A stretch of DNA of 63,157 bases, counting the filler, from Asterionella formosa (Eukaryota), in NCBI GenBank assembly GCA_002256025.1. It is 16 parts of 16 records of this genome, joined end to end, with 100 filler letters (N's around TTAATTAATTAA, not from the genome) between each part and the next. Parts side by side here need not be neighbours in the genome. Positions count along the whole stretch, not along the records: positions 34,837 to 51,008 come from NKIB01005053.1; positions 51,109 to 52,113 come from NKIB01005054.1; positions 52,214 to 53,218 come from NKIB01005055.1; positions 53,319 to 54,324 come from NKIB01005056.1; positions 54,425 to 55,429 come from NKIB01005057.1; 11 more parts are not named here. One strand, 5' to 3'. Below are positions 42,096 through 55,228 of this stretch, piece after piece. Numbering within the stretch: position 1 is the stretch's first letter; every line of letters begins with the position of its first letter. The position numbers and the translations under genes are program-made. The notes beneath the pieces were generated by a model. That model saw nothing but the letters and a program-made list of their open reading frames with translations, was not told the origin of the DNA and ran no database searches.

Positions 42096-44141
42096 TTAAT
42101 TGGGCTCACCATGTGATATTGAAGCAATCAATTTATCCAGGGTCCCATGGTTATCGCTGTCAAACTTGGTCCACCATGAAGGCTTGTTTTTGTCAATGGA
42201 TGGTGAATCATTACAAGGAATTTTTGAAGGCTTGTCTCGAAAATGACAGGAAATCGCTGGCTCTGCTAAACAGCACAACGTGTTCACAGTTGGCTCACTT
42301 GTAATCCGATTTTTTGTCTTCCCCACACAAAAGTCAGCAACCCACCAATCACCCATTTGCTTCAAAAATAATATCTTGTTGTCCTTGTTGAGTGTCCAAC
42401 TCATATGGAATAGATAGGGTTGAATGTTGCCATTAAAAAAGGCATGCATATACTTGCCACTCTTTTGGTGGAAATGGTATCCTCCTGGGAATTCATCCAT
42501 GTCTCTGGACAAAACCTTGACTTTGAGTCCATATAGGGACGCATGTTCTGCCAAAAGTGCAATGAGTGCCTGTTGATGTGAATCGGTTCGAATGATCACA
42601 TCACCAGCATGCAACAATGCCGTCAAAAAGAATTGAGACCGTGCATTGTGCCTTACATAATAAAAACCACTGTTGGCTGAATAGGGTGCATACCGTTGTG
42701 TATGCGCCCCATCATCTTGGAAGTAAACGTCAAAGTCTCCAGCTTCAGGATTTTCAAAGAACTTGAGTGGATGTTTGTACCAAACCATGTCTACATCTTG
42801 AAACAATAAATTGTACCCCATCATGGATATCAATTGCACACAAATGACTTTTGCCAACATCATGGCAACAAACTGACGATCACCATATCTTTTTGCAGCT
42901 TGGGATGGGATGGCTGCAAAGTTCTGAGCCAGTGAGAGAATCCAGAAAGGTCCAAAGGTGAGCCATGGGGAGAAATTAAATTGATCATCAGCTATTACAT
43001 AACTTTCAGAACAAACTGTAATGAAGTTTCCCAAAACCAATTTCTAAGAACAAGAAATAAATAAACAAACAAACCAAAAATAAACGTACAATTTCATCAT
43101 AAAAGGCTGTCAATCCCAATGCTTCTGCCAATTCCTTTGTTTCTGAATCTGTGGCAAATACTAATACTTGCTTCAAATCTAATCCTCGTGCCATAGCAGC
43201 ACATGCGAAATTCATCAACAACATACTCTGTCCCATATTGCATACCATCACAATAACTGTTGGTGGTTGATCCTTCCTTCCTGACTTGGCACATCCATCT
43301 GCCAAGGGTCTCAGTTTATCCATTACCTCATCAATGTGCTGTAAATACGGCCCCAACATGGTCCATAGTTTCCGTGTATGTTTAGTTTAGTTTCTGGTGG
43401 TCTGAATTGTTCCCGTCCATTGGCTTGATATCCACGTGATACCATTCTCAGCTCCTTGGTGGAATCCATGGCCCCTTTGGGACCAACTCTCATCCATTTC
43501 TGTATGTGAAATGACTCGTATTGCGGAACAATAGCAACACATTGTTTCCTTCCACCATTGTCATTTAATACAATATTTAGAAAATCGCAATTGATCATGG
43601 CATCTGAAACATTGGAAAGGAGTGGTATTGGCCCTTCACCTTCAATAGCAGCTCTGTCCTTGTTACTAGGAAGTGATCGTTGTCTATTGTACAGTAATAA
43701 CACATCTTCTTGTCCGTCCTTGGGTGGATCCCAAGGAACCCCCAAATCAAAGGCGTCCATGAAAGATTGCTTTGTAATCCGTGCCATTCCATTTAGATAT
43801 TGGGACATGCTTAGTGGGAAACGAGCTCGATAGGAGGATGGAGGTTCGTATTGTTCTGGCTCAACGTCATAGTTTCGGCTGTCTTGTTCGTCACGTTGCT
43901 GTTGACGTTGACGCTGTTTGTATTCTTCTGTGGGGTTGATGTTATCGTTGTCACTGGACGCTAAATTGGAAACCGCCATGTGCATAGAAACGAGAGACCC
44001 AGTGAAAAAGGAAAGGATGCAAAATATTATTGTGGTTGTAACTGATACATTGTGTCCGTGATGTGTTGTTGAATTATGGCCATTGCTACTGTGCAAAGGT
44101 TTGCTTCTGCCGCGATGAGAGCTCTGACCAGCAGATGACAT
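42096..44141 (-). pseudogene. Nucleotide-diphospho-sugar transferase (PF03407/GT77-like), type II membrane; frameshifted as assembled
   Basis: N-terminal TM helix, intron 42924-43089 (GTACG...CAG), GYNLLFQDVDMVW DxD motif, NSGFYYVR, HMSWTLNK. A TTTAG duplication at 43381-43390 breaks the frame. Confidence 0.8.
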
Positions 44142-45239
44142 GATGTGCGGATCGAAGAAGAGTTAATCCCAAGAAACTGACTTTTTGTGGCACAGCATGA
44201 ACATCACATCGCTCGATTCTCGAATAGAATCCCTGTATCATTGTCGCTATTGTTGGTTTAGGAGACATAGGGTATTAAAATTAGCTTACATGAATACCCG
44301 TATAAACACTAACATGTTGAATCATAAATTACTCGAAACCACATGAATATATAAAAATACAATTTATAGTATAAGCGAATACTGTAAATACATGTACAAA
44401 TGAGAGTTGACTGACTCCTGGAATCTATAAAAACGATATGACTAGAGGCAACAATCTGCCAGGCACCACGAAAGTTGTCGATGATGTGGTTTGTCGGAAG
44501 GGAACCGGATGGAGAGATTCTTGGGCAAGGTGCATGCAACAAAGGCAGAACACGCAAGTTCCACTGGTGCTACCCATGTGGAAGTGCAGTAACTGTTGGC
44601 AGTAAGGTCCTGTTTTGTGTTAGCATATATTGATTATGAGATCATTGGTGAAGATGAATATGCTATTCAAGTCAAGATGGAGAGAGCGCAAAAGCTCCAT
44701 AAACATAGTGTGTTGTGGGATACCATTCCAGGTACATTTCTGTGAATTCGGGTAGGACTCTCAACCATGTGGGCTTCTTGATTACTATGGTTTTGGAGCT
44801 AGTACTACAAAATCCTTCTGATTTGGCAAAGCCACACACAAATATTCGAGGATATAGAGTGGCTACTTTTGTCTACATGAAGTCAAGGTTGAAGCTGAAC
44901 TACCGGTAGTTGATAGTTAATCTAGTTGAAATATAACTAATACAGTAGCAAATCATTGAATTTATGTGGCTGTATGTATGGATACTATAGATCATAAATT
45001 TTAAATCATAACAAGCTTATTTCATTTTATTATAAATTAGCTTATGTTGAAATACAAAGTAGATATATGGATATTGGATGTGCACTATATAATTAATGGT
45101 ACAAAAAGGAGGACAGAGGAATTTTTGGAATCTAATGCAGTCATACAGTGCCAGAAACGAAAACTCCTGTCCCACGAATCAATATTCCAACCAACATTTC
45201 CACCATCCCCTACTCCATATTTTTTCTTCATCTAAGTCC

Positions 45240-45700
45240 TCGTCTAAGAAAATCCTTGTCAATTCAATTGCCTCCTCATGTGCTTCTAGTTGCTCTGTTA
45301 GTATTCCTTGTATTCTAGCTAGTGCTGCTTTCCCAATATGCAGAATGTCATAATTGTTGTCATCCTGCCTCTAAATCACCTCATCAAGAACTCCCTATAA
45401 AGTAAGAAATGAAAAATTCAATTTCATCGGTTCAAATGACTCACATGCTGCTGTAACTGACTCAACCAGCCAGCCCGTCCATATCATGATTAGCCTCCTC
45501 CACTGAATCCCACTGTGCACTTTGAAGCGCCTGAAAGAAGCTAAGATCATTTATGTTCATTTCAGGTGAGTTCGCTGTTTGCGTTGTCAACTTGATATCC
45601 CATTCATCCACAGTAACTGCATTTAAAAAGGGAACATAGTAACTGCCGAAATGAGTGTTTGTATCATCGTTGTTCTGAATTGTGCGTCTATAAAGAGCTC
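45240..45700 (-). mobile_element. Degenerate Tc1/mariner transposase C-terminus
   Basis: Minus strand reads WDIKLTTQTANSPEMNINDLSFFQALQS and NNYDILHIGK (compare QPPNSPDLNxLDLGFF and NxYKLPHxxK), with in-frame stops. Confidence 0.75.
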
Positions 45701-46311
45701 ATCAGTAGTGTCATCTTCATCTTTAGTTGTAGTAATAGGCAACAGAGGATGATGGACTTGATTGAAGCAGTTTCACAACTGTACATTACCATTTAGCTCA
45801 CTAGCTAGCTAGTACTAGTAGAGCAACTAGAAGTACATTCCAATGTGGTTGTGCAGGTACTTTTCATGTAATCCTTTATGACTTCGAAGTAGTTTCAGTT
45901 GTTTGTTTCGGATGAATCTGGATGGACTTCGTGTCTTAGGATCTGATGTCAATATTTGTTTAGTCAAAATCTTCACATCTCAGTGAAAATACCGGTAGGT
46001 ACAATAATCCATCAGGACAACCCCACCCCCAAATAACTTCCAGATTTTCCGGGTTTTCACTGACTCAGCCTTCGTATTGTTCGCCCGTCATCCTCATGAT
46101 CGTCACCACGTACCTCCAGCCCATCGTCAATACCACGACGTATGAGTTGTATATATCGCGTTGTCAGTCAACTTTTACTATGTACAACATACCTAAATGT
46201 CAAAGCACGAAGGTCTCCAAAGAACAAATTCTTGAACAACGAAAGTACCGCTAAACATCATTCATTAATAACCCTTGCTAACCCGCTAAGGAAGAAAGGA
46301 ACGTTAGTACC

Positions 46312-47316
46312 ATGAAGCATATCGTATCCATTTCCATCTTGCTGGCAACTCCTTATGTCTTGTCCTTCCATGCGCCTCGACTGCCTGCGAGAGCAGCACC
46401 GTCCTCATCAAGTTGGAGTCGCTCGTTCTCAACTCCAGTTGCCAATGTAGACAGCACCAGCATGGTTGCAACGGTAACGGAACTGACAACGACAAAGACC
46501 TATCTAGATGATGGCTTCGTTTTTGGCTTGCAAGGATCTGGTTTGGAGCGCCCCAAGGGCAAGGTCGCCAACTTGGTAGTGGCAGGGGATTCTCTCGAAA
46601 CCAAGTGGTGGCAAATTGCCATGGTATCTGGCACATTTCTGGGACATTTCTTGTTTGCTACTAATGCGCTTCATAATATGTATTTGATGAATGGGGGGAA
46701 TGCAGTTTTCACTGCACTGCAAGCCGTTGTTTTGTTGGTGTCAAGTTTTGTCCTAGCAGACTTTGGGTCTGGTGTATTGCATTGGAGTGTTGACAACTAC
46801 GGAAATGGTCGGACTCCCATTATGGGAAGCATCATTGCCGCCTTTCAAGGACATCATTCCGCCCCTTGGACAATTACTGAAAGGGGCCTTTGTAACAATG
46901 TCTACAAACTATGTATTCCATTTGGGGTTCTTCCCATGGCTGTCATCAATGCCATCTCGAATCCGATAGTAACATTATTCATGACATTCTTTTGCACCCT
47001 TGAAATCCTAAGTCAAGAATTTCATAAATGGTCTCACATGACCAAGGGAGAATGTCCAGGATGGGTCAATTGGCTGCAGAGAAAGGGTATCACCATTGAT
47101 CGGAGACCACATGCGCTTCATCACATGGCACCATATGAAGGCAACTATTGTATCATTTCGGGTATCTGTAATGATGCCCTAGACAATTCTGGAATTTGGC
47201 GCTTAATGGAACATACCATTTACAAATTGAATGGTGTCGAGTCGAATGCATGGAAACTAGATCCTGAGTTGAGACAACGAACGTTGAATGGGGACTATCG
47301 GTTGATGACCAAGTGA
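46312..47316 (+). CDS. FAD4: FAD4/TMEM189 (Kua)-family lipid desaturase, plastid-targeted
   Basis: ADFGSGVLHWSVDNYG, FQGHHSAPW, QEFHKWSH, HALHHMAPYEGNYCIISG. Signal peptide plus VLS-FHAP (ASAFAP-type) motif. Confidence 0.92.
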   Translation: MKHIVSISILLATPYVLSFHAPRLPARAAPSSSSWSRSFSTPVANVDSTSMVATVTELTTTKTYLDDGFVFGLQGSGLERPKGKVANLVVAGDSLETKWWQIAMVSGTFLGHFLFATNALHNMYLMNGGNAVFTALQAVVLLVSSFVLADFGSGVLHWSVDNYGNGRTPIMGSIIAAFQGHHSAPWTITERGLCNNVYKLCIPFGVLPMAVINAISNPIVTLFMTFFCTLEILSQEFHKWSHMTKGECPGWVNWLQRKGITIDRRPHALHHMAPYEGNYCIISGICNDALDNSGIWRLMEHTIYKLNGVESNAWKLDPELRQRTLNGDYRLMTK

Positions 47317-47614
47317 ACACTTGGTTTTGCTAGTACAAATTAGCTTTTACATGGATAATAATATCAACAATGCATTTTGAAATTTATTCACGTTAGCGTT
47401 GGATCACTCAGTTCAAATTGTCAGCTCCTGCTCTAGCAGGCGACACAATTCTTCCATTTACCTGTGTCGCTCATGGTATTTTGTACTCCCATGTCTTCGC
47501 TCGCAGTGATCGCACTCGGACTATGCACAGCAATCCCTTGCCTTTTTTATGTTTCGAAGAAAAAATTTCTCAGTTCAGCACAAATTACTCGGTTTTCAAA
47601 GAACATGTTTATCA

Positions 47615-49542
47615 TTACCAAAACGAACGACGACCCTTGTCCATCATTGGACTCTTTCTACAGGGAATCTTACTTGGCTTGTCTCGAAAATGGCACTTCA
47701 ACAAGGGCTCGGCAGAACAACATGTCGTTGTCAAATCCCCAACCTCACCTTCAGCGAAGATGGTTTCAATACTCCCTTCAATGCACTTGTCCTGGACATA
47801 CCAATCCCCTATCTGCTGAAAGAATTTTCGTTTATTTTCCTTGTTCAGTGTCCAACTCATGTGAAATACATAAGGTTTTCTTCGGCCTTGCAGCATGTCC
47901 TTCATATACATTTTGCCACGATGGAAATGATACCCACCTGGAAATTCATCTTCGTCTCTTGGAAGGATTTTGACTCGGAGGCCTCTGTAGCTAACGTGCT
48001 CGTTCAATGCCGCCGACAAGGCTGATTGATGCGATCCAGATTGCATGATCTGATCTGCCGTTCTGACAAAGTTGCTAAAAAAATACTGCGTCCGAGTATT
48101 GTGTCGAACAAAGTAAAAGCCAGTATTTGGTGAAAATGGAGCATATCGGACAGAATGAGCACCGTCGTCTTGAAAGTACATGTCAAAATCGTACAGCGGA
48201 TTTTCCTTGTCCAAAAAGTATTCAACGGGATTGCGATACCATACTACATCCACATCTTGAAATAGTAGATTGTACCCAAGTTGCGAAATCATGTGGACAC
48301 AAAATACCTTGGCAAGCATCATGCCTTGAAACCTAAGATCTCCATATCTGCGCGCTGCTTGATCTGGCATCTTTTCAAACGTCTGGAATAAAAAGGAGGA
48401 AATGGAAATCAGCAATAAAATTAAATGCTTTTCTTTCCACGAATCCTTGTTAGGATCCAACTTCGGGCACTCACTTTTTCGTCATAAAAGGCGGTCACAC
48501 CCAAGCCTTCCACTAGATCTCTTGTTTTTGTATCGGTGGCAAAGACTAGTACTTGACCCAAATCCAACCCTCTCGCCTTGTTCGTGCAGATGAAATTGAC
48601 CAACAATTCACTTTGTCCATGATTGCATACCAGCACGACAATCGTATTATTCTTGGCCACCTTGGATGCAATCGGTGATAGCTTGGCTAGTACCGATTTG
48701 AGTCCCTGCAAGTATTCAACCAACATCGAATCGTACCGCTGCACAGCAAGTGGGCGTGGTGCATATTGAGTCATACCCTTGTTGCTGCTGTGCATCCTCG
48801 ACACACTCCTCAATGGTAAATTATGATTGATACCTGTTCTGATTTCATCCGGTGGCAATCGCATAAATTTATGTACATGATAACTTTCCCATTGTCCCAT
48901 AATTGCCAAGCACTGCCTCGTTTTCTGCGGTTCTGTCAATATGATTTTAACAGTATCACAATTGAGTGTTGCATCGTCCACTGGCAATAACGGAATGTCA
49001 TTGCCTTGAAAATATTGCTGGTATCTACTAGCATTGGCCCCAGCCATGGGACTATAGAGCAACAGCACGTCTTGATTTCCTTCTTTGGTTTGGTCCAACG
49101 GTATACCAATATCTAATCGTTTGGCAAACTCGTCTCGATTGACTCGTGCCATACCTTGAAACAAGGTATTCATGGAATCCGGAAAGCGCTGAACTCTTTT
49201 CCCTGAAGATGAATAAGATGATGCGCCTATAAGCGAAACCAATTGGAAAGTGGGTGTATAAGTTGACGGACAGAACACGAGTCAACTCTGTGCAATAGTA
49301 CGCGCCGCTTCTTTCGAGACAACGATCTGCGTGCCGTTAGTTGCCGCACCACACGTACCATCCAAATCGCTATATGGGAGATTTTGAAAGGAGTGATGCA
49401 TTCCCAAAAAGAGACCCGCATAGAAGGAAGACCCACTTAGCAGCATCGAGTACAGAATGACTTTGGTTGTAGTGCATATGGAATTTCTTCCAAACTTGGA
49501 ATGCGCTGCTTGATGCGATATTCGTTGATTGCTGGCGTTCAT
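47615..49542 (-). CDS. Nucleotide-diphospho-sugar transferase paralog, 3 exons (49542-49359, 49226-48475, 48382-47615)
   Basis: Introns 49227-49358 (GTACGT..TAG) and 48383-48474 (GTGAGT..CAG) give a continuous frame. Motifs GYNLLFQDVDVVW, FPGGYHFH, HMSWTLNK. Confidence 0.88.
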
Positions 49543-50036
49543 CCTCGGAAGAGGTCACTCTTGTCTCGGGCCCCGGCAGATTGAATTACAAGTGGGAAGA
49601 GGTCCGGTTGCCGTGATGTTGCTGTCATTGCTTTATGTCATTACTTGCTTCCTGTTGATAATCAGTGCTTGTTCTTTCCGGTATGAATATGTGTATTGAT
49701 AAAATAATTTTTATTTTCGTGTATAAAAAATAATGTAATAAATACATAGTAATGATAGACTAATATATGCCTGGCCAACCGGTATTACTTTTAAGAATAG
49801 CTACCGGTATCTCATCTACCAGTACCTGGAAGTTAAGTTAATCGTGTTGAAGCTAATTATTTAGCTTTCTTTATCCAATATTTGACTGCAACTTGCTGGT
49901 ACAGATGATAAGAAAAGCCTTTTTTTTTCAAGCACAGCCATTCTCGCTATTACTATGTGTTCGTCCGATTCCTGCACCATCACAAGCAAGTCCTGGAAAT
50001 AAAATAATACTTCAGCTCTATTCGACCTCTTCCAGG

Positions 50037-50792
50037 ATGACGCTGCGAACAATTTCGCTGCGCGTCGCCTTGTTGTGCTGTTGTTGGAACCATGATTCAG
50101 TGGTACAAGCTCTGAAAACCCCAATAGCAACACCGACGACTTCTAGTTGCAAAAACATTCAAGTGACTCCAGTCACAACTCATCGTGATGTGATCGATTT
50201 GGCAAACCTCCGTTACAACGAGTGGATTGCTACTACGACGGCGACTACCTCCAGGTCTGCCTTTGCTCAAGCCACTGCACAAATAATTCAGGAGCGCATC
50301 GGAGCTACAGTATTCATGGCAAGGCTTAACGGGATGGCAGTCGGGGCTGCTGAACTGAGCCCATTAGAATTCGACAATGTCGTCGAGATGTCACAACGAC
50401 ATCAGTTGCCGTTGTACGTTACAGATGTTGTCACTTGCAGGGAACATCGTCGTATGGGAATAGGAAAAGCACTCATGATGGCAGTGGAAGATACTGCCGT
50501 GGATCTTGGTTCTTCGGAACTATTTTTGCATGTCGAGCAAGAAAACATCGCTGCTCTCCAATTTTATAAACGTCAAGGGTATGAGTCACAAGACTCCTTC
50601 GCAGGAATAGATACTCATCGTCTGGCAGAGAATGCAGGTACGTTAGGACAATTGTTGTTGAGTAAGGTGTTGTTGCCGAAAAAGGAGAAGGACGATACTA
50701 CAAACCGTCGCGTAAGCAAAACGCATACTTTAGTAGGCGGTGCTGGATTTGGTGGCAGTTCCTCGTCAAGGCAGAAGATTCGTTCCAAATAA
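50037..50792 (+). CDS. GNAT acetyltransferase with signal-peptide-like N-terminus
   Basis: LYVTDVVTCREHRRMGIGKALM (acetyl-CoA motif A) and LFLHVEQENIAALQFYKRQGY. Likely ATG at 50037. Confidence 0.88.
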   Translation: MTLRTISLRVALLCCCWNHDSVVQALKTPIATPTTSSCKNIQVTPVTTHRDVIDLANLRYNEWIATTTATTSRSAFAQATAQIIQERIGATVFMARLNGMAVGAAELSPLEFDNVVEMSQRHQLPLYVTDVVTCREHRRMGIGKALMMAVEDTAVDLGSSELFLHVEQENIAALQFYKRQGYESQDSFAGIDTHRLAENAGTLGQLLLSKVLLPKKEKDDTTNRRVSKTHTLVGGAGFGGSSSSRQKIRSK

Positions 50793-51108
50793 AGAATGAA
50801 AATTAAATGTCAAAGTATTGTATTCCAACATTGATTAATTAAGCTCCCTTACCATGGTGCGACAAAAATGATGAGTGAACAATGAGTGAGTGACTTTGAG
50901 GGCCTGCTCCATGCATGCTCTCAAGACACGTGAGGACAACAAATGGTGCGTGTCCATTCCATGATTGATTCATATTTGGAATAAGATCAATAATTTCAGA
51001 TATTGACANNNNNNNNNNNNNNNNNNNNNNNNNNNNNNNNNNNNNNNNNNNNTTAATTAATTAANNNNNNNNNNNNNNNNNNNNNNNNNNNNNNNNNNNN
51101 NNNNNNNN

Positions 51109-52113
51109 ATCCCCTTTCCCAAAGCACTTGAACTAATCCCTTCGATTTTCCTTCCCAACCTTCCTTGACCCTTGAAATTTGTGTCGATGTTGGCACTTGA
51201 TATTGTGGACAGAGGAACACCAGATCGCTTTTATTTTTCCCTTTAGTATTGGCTCCCTTAGCAGCAAGATCGAATATTAATTGGGCACGACTTCTTTGAA
51301 TTTCTTTGGGTACTCCAATTATGGTATCATGCTGACTTGCTTCTTGTTCAGCAGGAGTCATCCAACATGGGCCCACATCATCAGGTTGGAATGTGAGGTG
51401 CTGTGTTTGACCAGGCTGTAATTTTCTTTGAAAGGTGCCAAGGAATCCTGCTTCTTGTTTAATGATTGTAGATCGCATGGGCAACCCCTTTCCACCAAAG
51501 GTTTTTTCATCCTGATTGAACTCAATCCATCAGATCTATGTTTGCTGTGTCCACTTGAATGGTCAAATAGATAAACAAACTTATAGTGTGGATGCATCAC
51601 TTTTAGTACTACATCAATTGTGTCTTCGAATTGACACACCATGTGATTGTAATTCCAGTAGCCAGCCATCTCGATTTTCTCCATAATCAAAGTAGACCAA
51701 GAATGGAGAATTTTTTTTGTCAATGGCTTCTTCTTTTTGGTCCCATGTACGTCAATTGCAGCTTCCATCATGGTCACTGTAATGAAATCCAGTATTCTTG
51801 ACAACTAAACCTTGTGACTCTAGAAGTTTAGATTTTTCTGCTGTAAAATGTACCCACCTTGGAGCATTAACCTCTTTCTTGAAGTATTCAGCAATGAAAA
51901 TTCGACGGTAGGCTAAGGTGTCTGCCTTCTCATGACCATCGACAAAGTAATGTTTCCTTCGAGTCTCATACTTGAATCCAACTGCATGCATCCACCTTGC
52001 AATTGTACAAATTGAGATCTTTGTCAAACCATAGGTCAGAAGGAACTGTTCTCTGCTGTTGTTTAATTCACTGTCCTCAACAACTCCTGGTCTTGCTGGT
52101 AAGTCTTCATAGA
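51109..52113 (-). mobile_element. Frameshifted DDE transposase fragment (IS630/Tc1-like)
   Basis: YFVDGHEK..YR, GYWNYNHMVCQFED, FLFDHSSGH-type and KGLVQVLWERG motifs spread over three frames. Confidence 0.65.
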
Positions 52114-52213
52114 NNNNNNNNNNNNNNNNNNNNNNNNNNNNNNNNNNNNNNNNNNNNTTAATTAATTAANNNNNNNNNNNNNNNNNNNNNNNNNNNNNNN
52201 NNNNNNNNNNNNN

Positions 52214-53057
52214 ATGGCTTGGAAATGCTGCTCTTCCTAGTTGTCCCTGTACTTGTATGCTCCTTGTCATACTCGTCTTCCTCTTGTTCAGTCCTGGATT
52301 GCCGTTCCATCCACAAACGTTTCCTCATGGCAGCCACAATAGTCGTTCGATCCAAAGTCAAGGACACTCCCGATCGAGAGTGATAGACGGGCAGATCCTC
52401 GTCCGAATCTGTATCAACGACAGACCCGACTGCAGAATATTGATCTTCTTCCAACGCACGACGCATTTGATCATGGACCATGGTCTGCACTTGATCTCCT
52501 CCCTTCTTGATCTTGCGAGGTTTCTTGTTTGGGTTGTTTTTGCTGTCATCTAAGCTAGTGGTCGGGGTGGTGGTGGTCGTGGTGGCTATGGTAGTAGTGG
52601 TCGACGATGTAGTAGTCATTGTGGATGGCTTTTCCTGAAAAATGTGAACACGTTTTCGAATATCATTAATGAAATTGTTGACGTCGGCTTGGGTGCCGGT
52701 TACTGCGAGGTTTTCATTGGTGTTGTCATCCAAAACAAGCGTGCGTGCCGCGGATGATTGCTGACGTGTGCCTGCCCGAGTAGGTGTAGGTGAGGTCACA
52801 AGGCCTGTTGATAGCCTATTCATTTCTCGATCTAGCTTTGTAGAGTTCGTAGCATAATTCGTACAATGCTCGTTCATATTCATACCACCTGCGACGGAAT
52901 CTGCAAAGCTCACTCCCTTGGGAGTACTGGGATCGTCCGGTTTCGTTGGTAGTTGCCTATCAGCCCCTTGTTCGTCAGGAGGTATTGCGTTGGAAGGTTT
53001 AGTAGGAGTGTAAAATTCTTCATCTATACCGGATCCGTCTGTGGTGAATTCATCCAT
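52214..53057 (-). CDS. Hypothetical low-complexity protein, 3'-partial
   Basis: Open frame from MDEFTTDG to the contig end, with poly-Thr and acidic tracts. Confidence 0.55.
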
Positions 53058-53319
53058 ATCATACAATCTCTGAGATGTGGAAGGGCCAAAAATTCGCAGA
53101 CAACATTGGTGGGAAACTGGCAATGTTCAGGAGGGCTGGCATAAGAAAGCAAGGAATCCATTGGGGTCTCCTGGATCTCCTTCATTGTAGAAGTGTAATC
53201 AAAGAATGTTTTGGCAATNNNNNNNNNNNNNNNNNNNNNNNNNNNNNNNNNNNNNNNNNNNNTTAATTAATTAANNNNNNNNNNNNNNNNNNNNNNNNNN
53301 NNNNNNNNNNNNNNNNNNG

Positions 53320-54324
53320 ATGGTTCCTCCACCTGAAATGAAAATACCTCCAACTGCTGACACACTCGACATTGACGAGATGGATCCATCCGAAAATGTC
53401 GTACCTGCAACTACTACTGGTACACTTCTTGACATTAACGAGATTCTTGGTCCCCCTGAAAAGAGGAAACCCTTTCCCGGTTGGCTAGCCAATATTGATG
53501 AGTTCGTCAACTCGCTCATAGTACCAGATGACTTTATTCTGGATGAAAGTGGGCTGGGATTGATTCATATAAAAGGAATCGACATAAAACATATATCTGT
53601 CAAGGTACTTCGAAAAATTTGCGTGAGATTTAAAGTGTCAGGGTACAGGAATGGCAAGAAGGACTCCACTATTTCCTTAATTGTCCGTTTACTGAAAAGA
53701 GACTGGCTGGTTGGTCAACTATACCCCCCCCACTCCTATGATCACTTATAATGAAGTGATTGGCATCCACAACAACAACAGGAACAATGATGAATCTATT
53801 ATTGAAGATGAAGAAAAGAGTTGTGGCAATGTTGATATGGACTCTGATTGTTCACAGAAAGGGAAGCCAGATGAAGCAGAAAAAGACCCTGACTATGTTC
53901 TTAATTCGCAAAATAGCAGTGATGACGATGACAAATCATTGACTCTTCGCTGTTCCATTGCTTCCAAAATCATCATTCCGTGAAAGTACTGATAGTGCCA
54001 AATCTTCATCCTTATCATCAAAGACTGTTGGCTCGAAGACTGTTGGCTCGAAGAAAGGAAAATGTTCATCTACCTCATCCAATTTGTCCCATCATTCCTC
54101 TTCTATGGTACAAATGGCAAATGCATTAGAGTGTTTTGAACGAGTAAATGCAGTGAAACTTCAAGTGCTTCAGTCTTCAGCAGGACCAAGACGCGAGAAA
54201 GAGATCCTAGATGTTCTGGATCTCTATAAAAGTCGTCTCAAGAATGCTCGGAAGGATTTGGAAGAGTTGGAGAATCATGGGTATGACTCCAATAATTCTG
54301 ATGTAGTTCAGGCTCGACTAGAAA
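53320..54324 (+). pseudogene. Disrupted ORF, possibly a TE accessory protein
   Basis: Three consecutive overlapping ORFs with a frame break at a poly-C run (~53723). The short helical motif VLRKICVRFKVSGYRNGKKDSTISLI is present. Confidence 0.35.
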
Positions 54325-54724
54325 NNNNNNNNNNNNNNNNNNNNNNNNNNNNNNNNNNNNNNNNNNNNTTAATTAATTAANNNNNNNNNNNNNNNNNNNN
54401 NNNNNNNNNNNNNNNNNNNNNNNNAGTATTGACAACAAAATGTTGAAATCGCCGCTGGAAGTTGTTTTTGGTCGTCATTTGCTCAGTTTTGATGCTACGA
54501 ACAAAAACGAGAGATCGTTGAGTCCGCGGTGACTAGTTTGATAACTTCTATTAGATAATTACTTCTATCTTCTGTACAAAAAGATGAGAAAACTTATATA
54601 TATATAAAAGTAACTGGTAAGCAGCCTCCCTCACCATGGAGGGCGATGTATATTTACAGCTACACCATCAAATGAGTCCGTTTCAGCGCCATAGCGGGTA
54701 CACAGAATACAACATGCTACAATC

Positions 54725-55228
54725 AGATGAGAGGAGCGAGCACAAGAATTGACAAGAAACACATGGAGATAGACCAAAATGAATGACTGAGATCCACCCA
54801 ACAGTATCAGTAAATTGAGTAAGGCTATTGACGATGTCCACGCATCCAAATCAGATCCAGACAGACCGTTTCCGTCCCACCGTACCTGTTCAGTACATAC
54901 TGAACAACAAACAGATGAAAGAAGCACAAGAATTGACAAGAAACACATGGAGATAGACCAAAATGAATGACTGAGATCCACCCAACAGCATCAGTAAATT
55001 GAGTAAGGCTATGATTGACGATGTCCATGCATCCAAATCAGACCCAGACAGACCGTTTCCGTCCCACTGTACCTGTTCAGTACATACTGAACAACAAACA
55101 GATGAAAGAAGCACAAGAATTGACAAGAAACACATGGAGATAGACCAAAATGAATGACTGAGATCCACCCAACAGCATCAGTAAATTGAGTAAGGCTATG
55201 ATTGACGATGTCCATGCATCCAAATCAA
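54725..55228. repeat. Tandem repeat, ~184-187-bp unit, about 2.7 copies
   Basis: agcacaagaattgacaagaaacacatggag starts at 54739, 54923 and 55110. Confidence 0.92.

Noticed and set aside
54725..55228. CRISPR array
   Set aside because: Whole units repeat with no unique spacers, there are no cas genes, and the context is eukaryotic.
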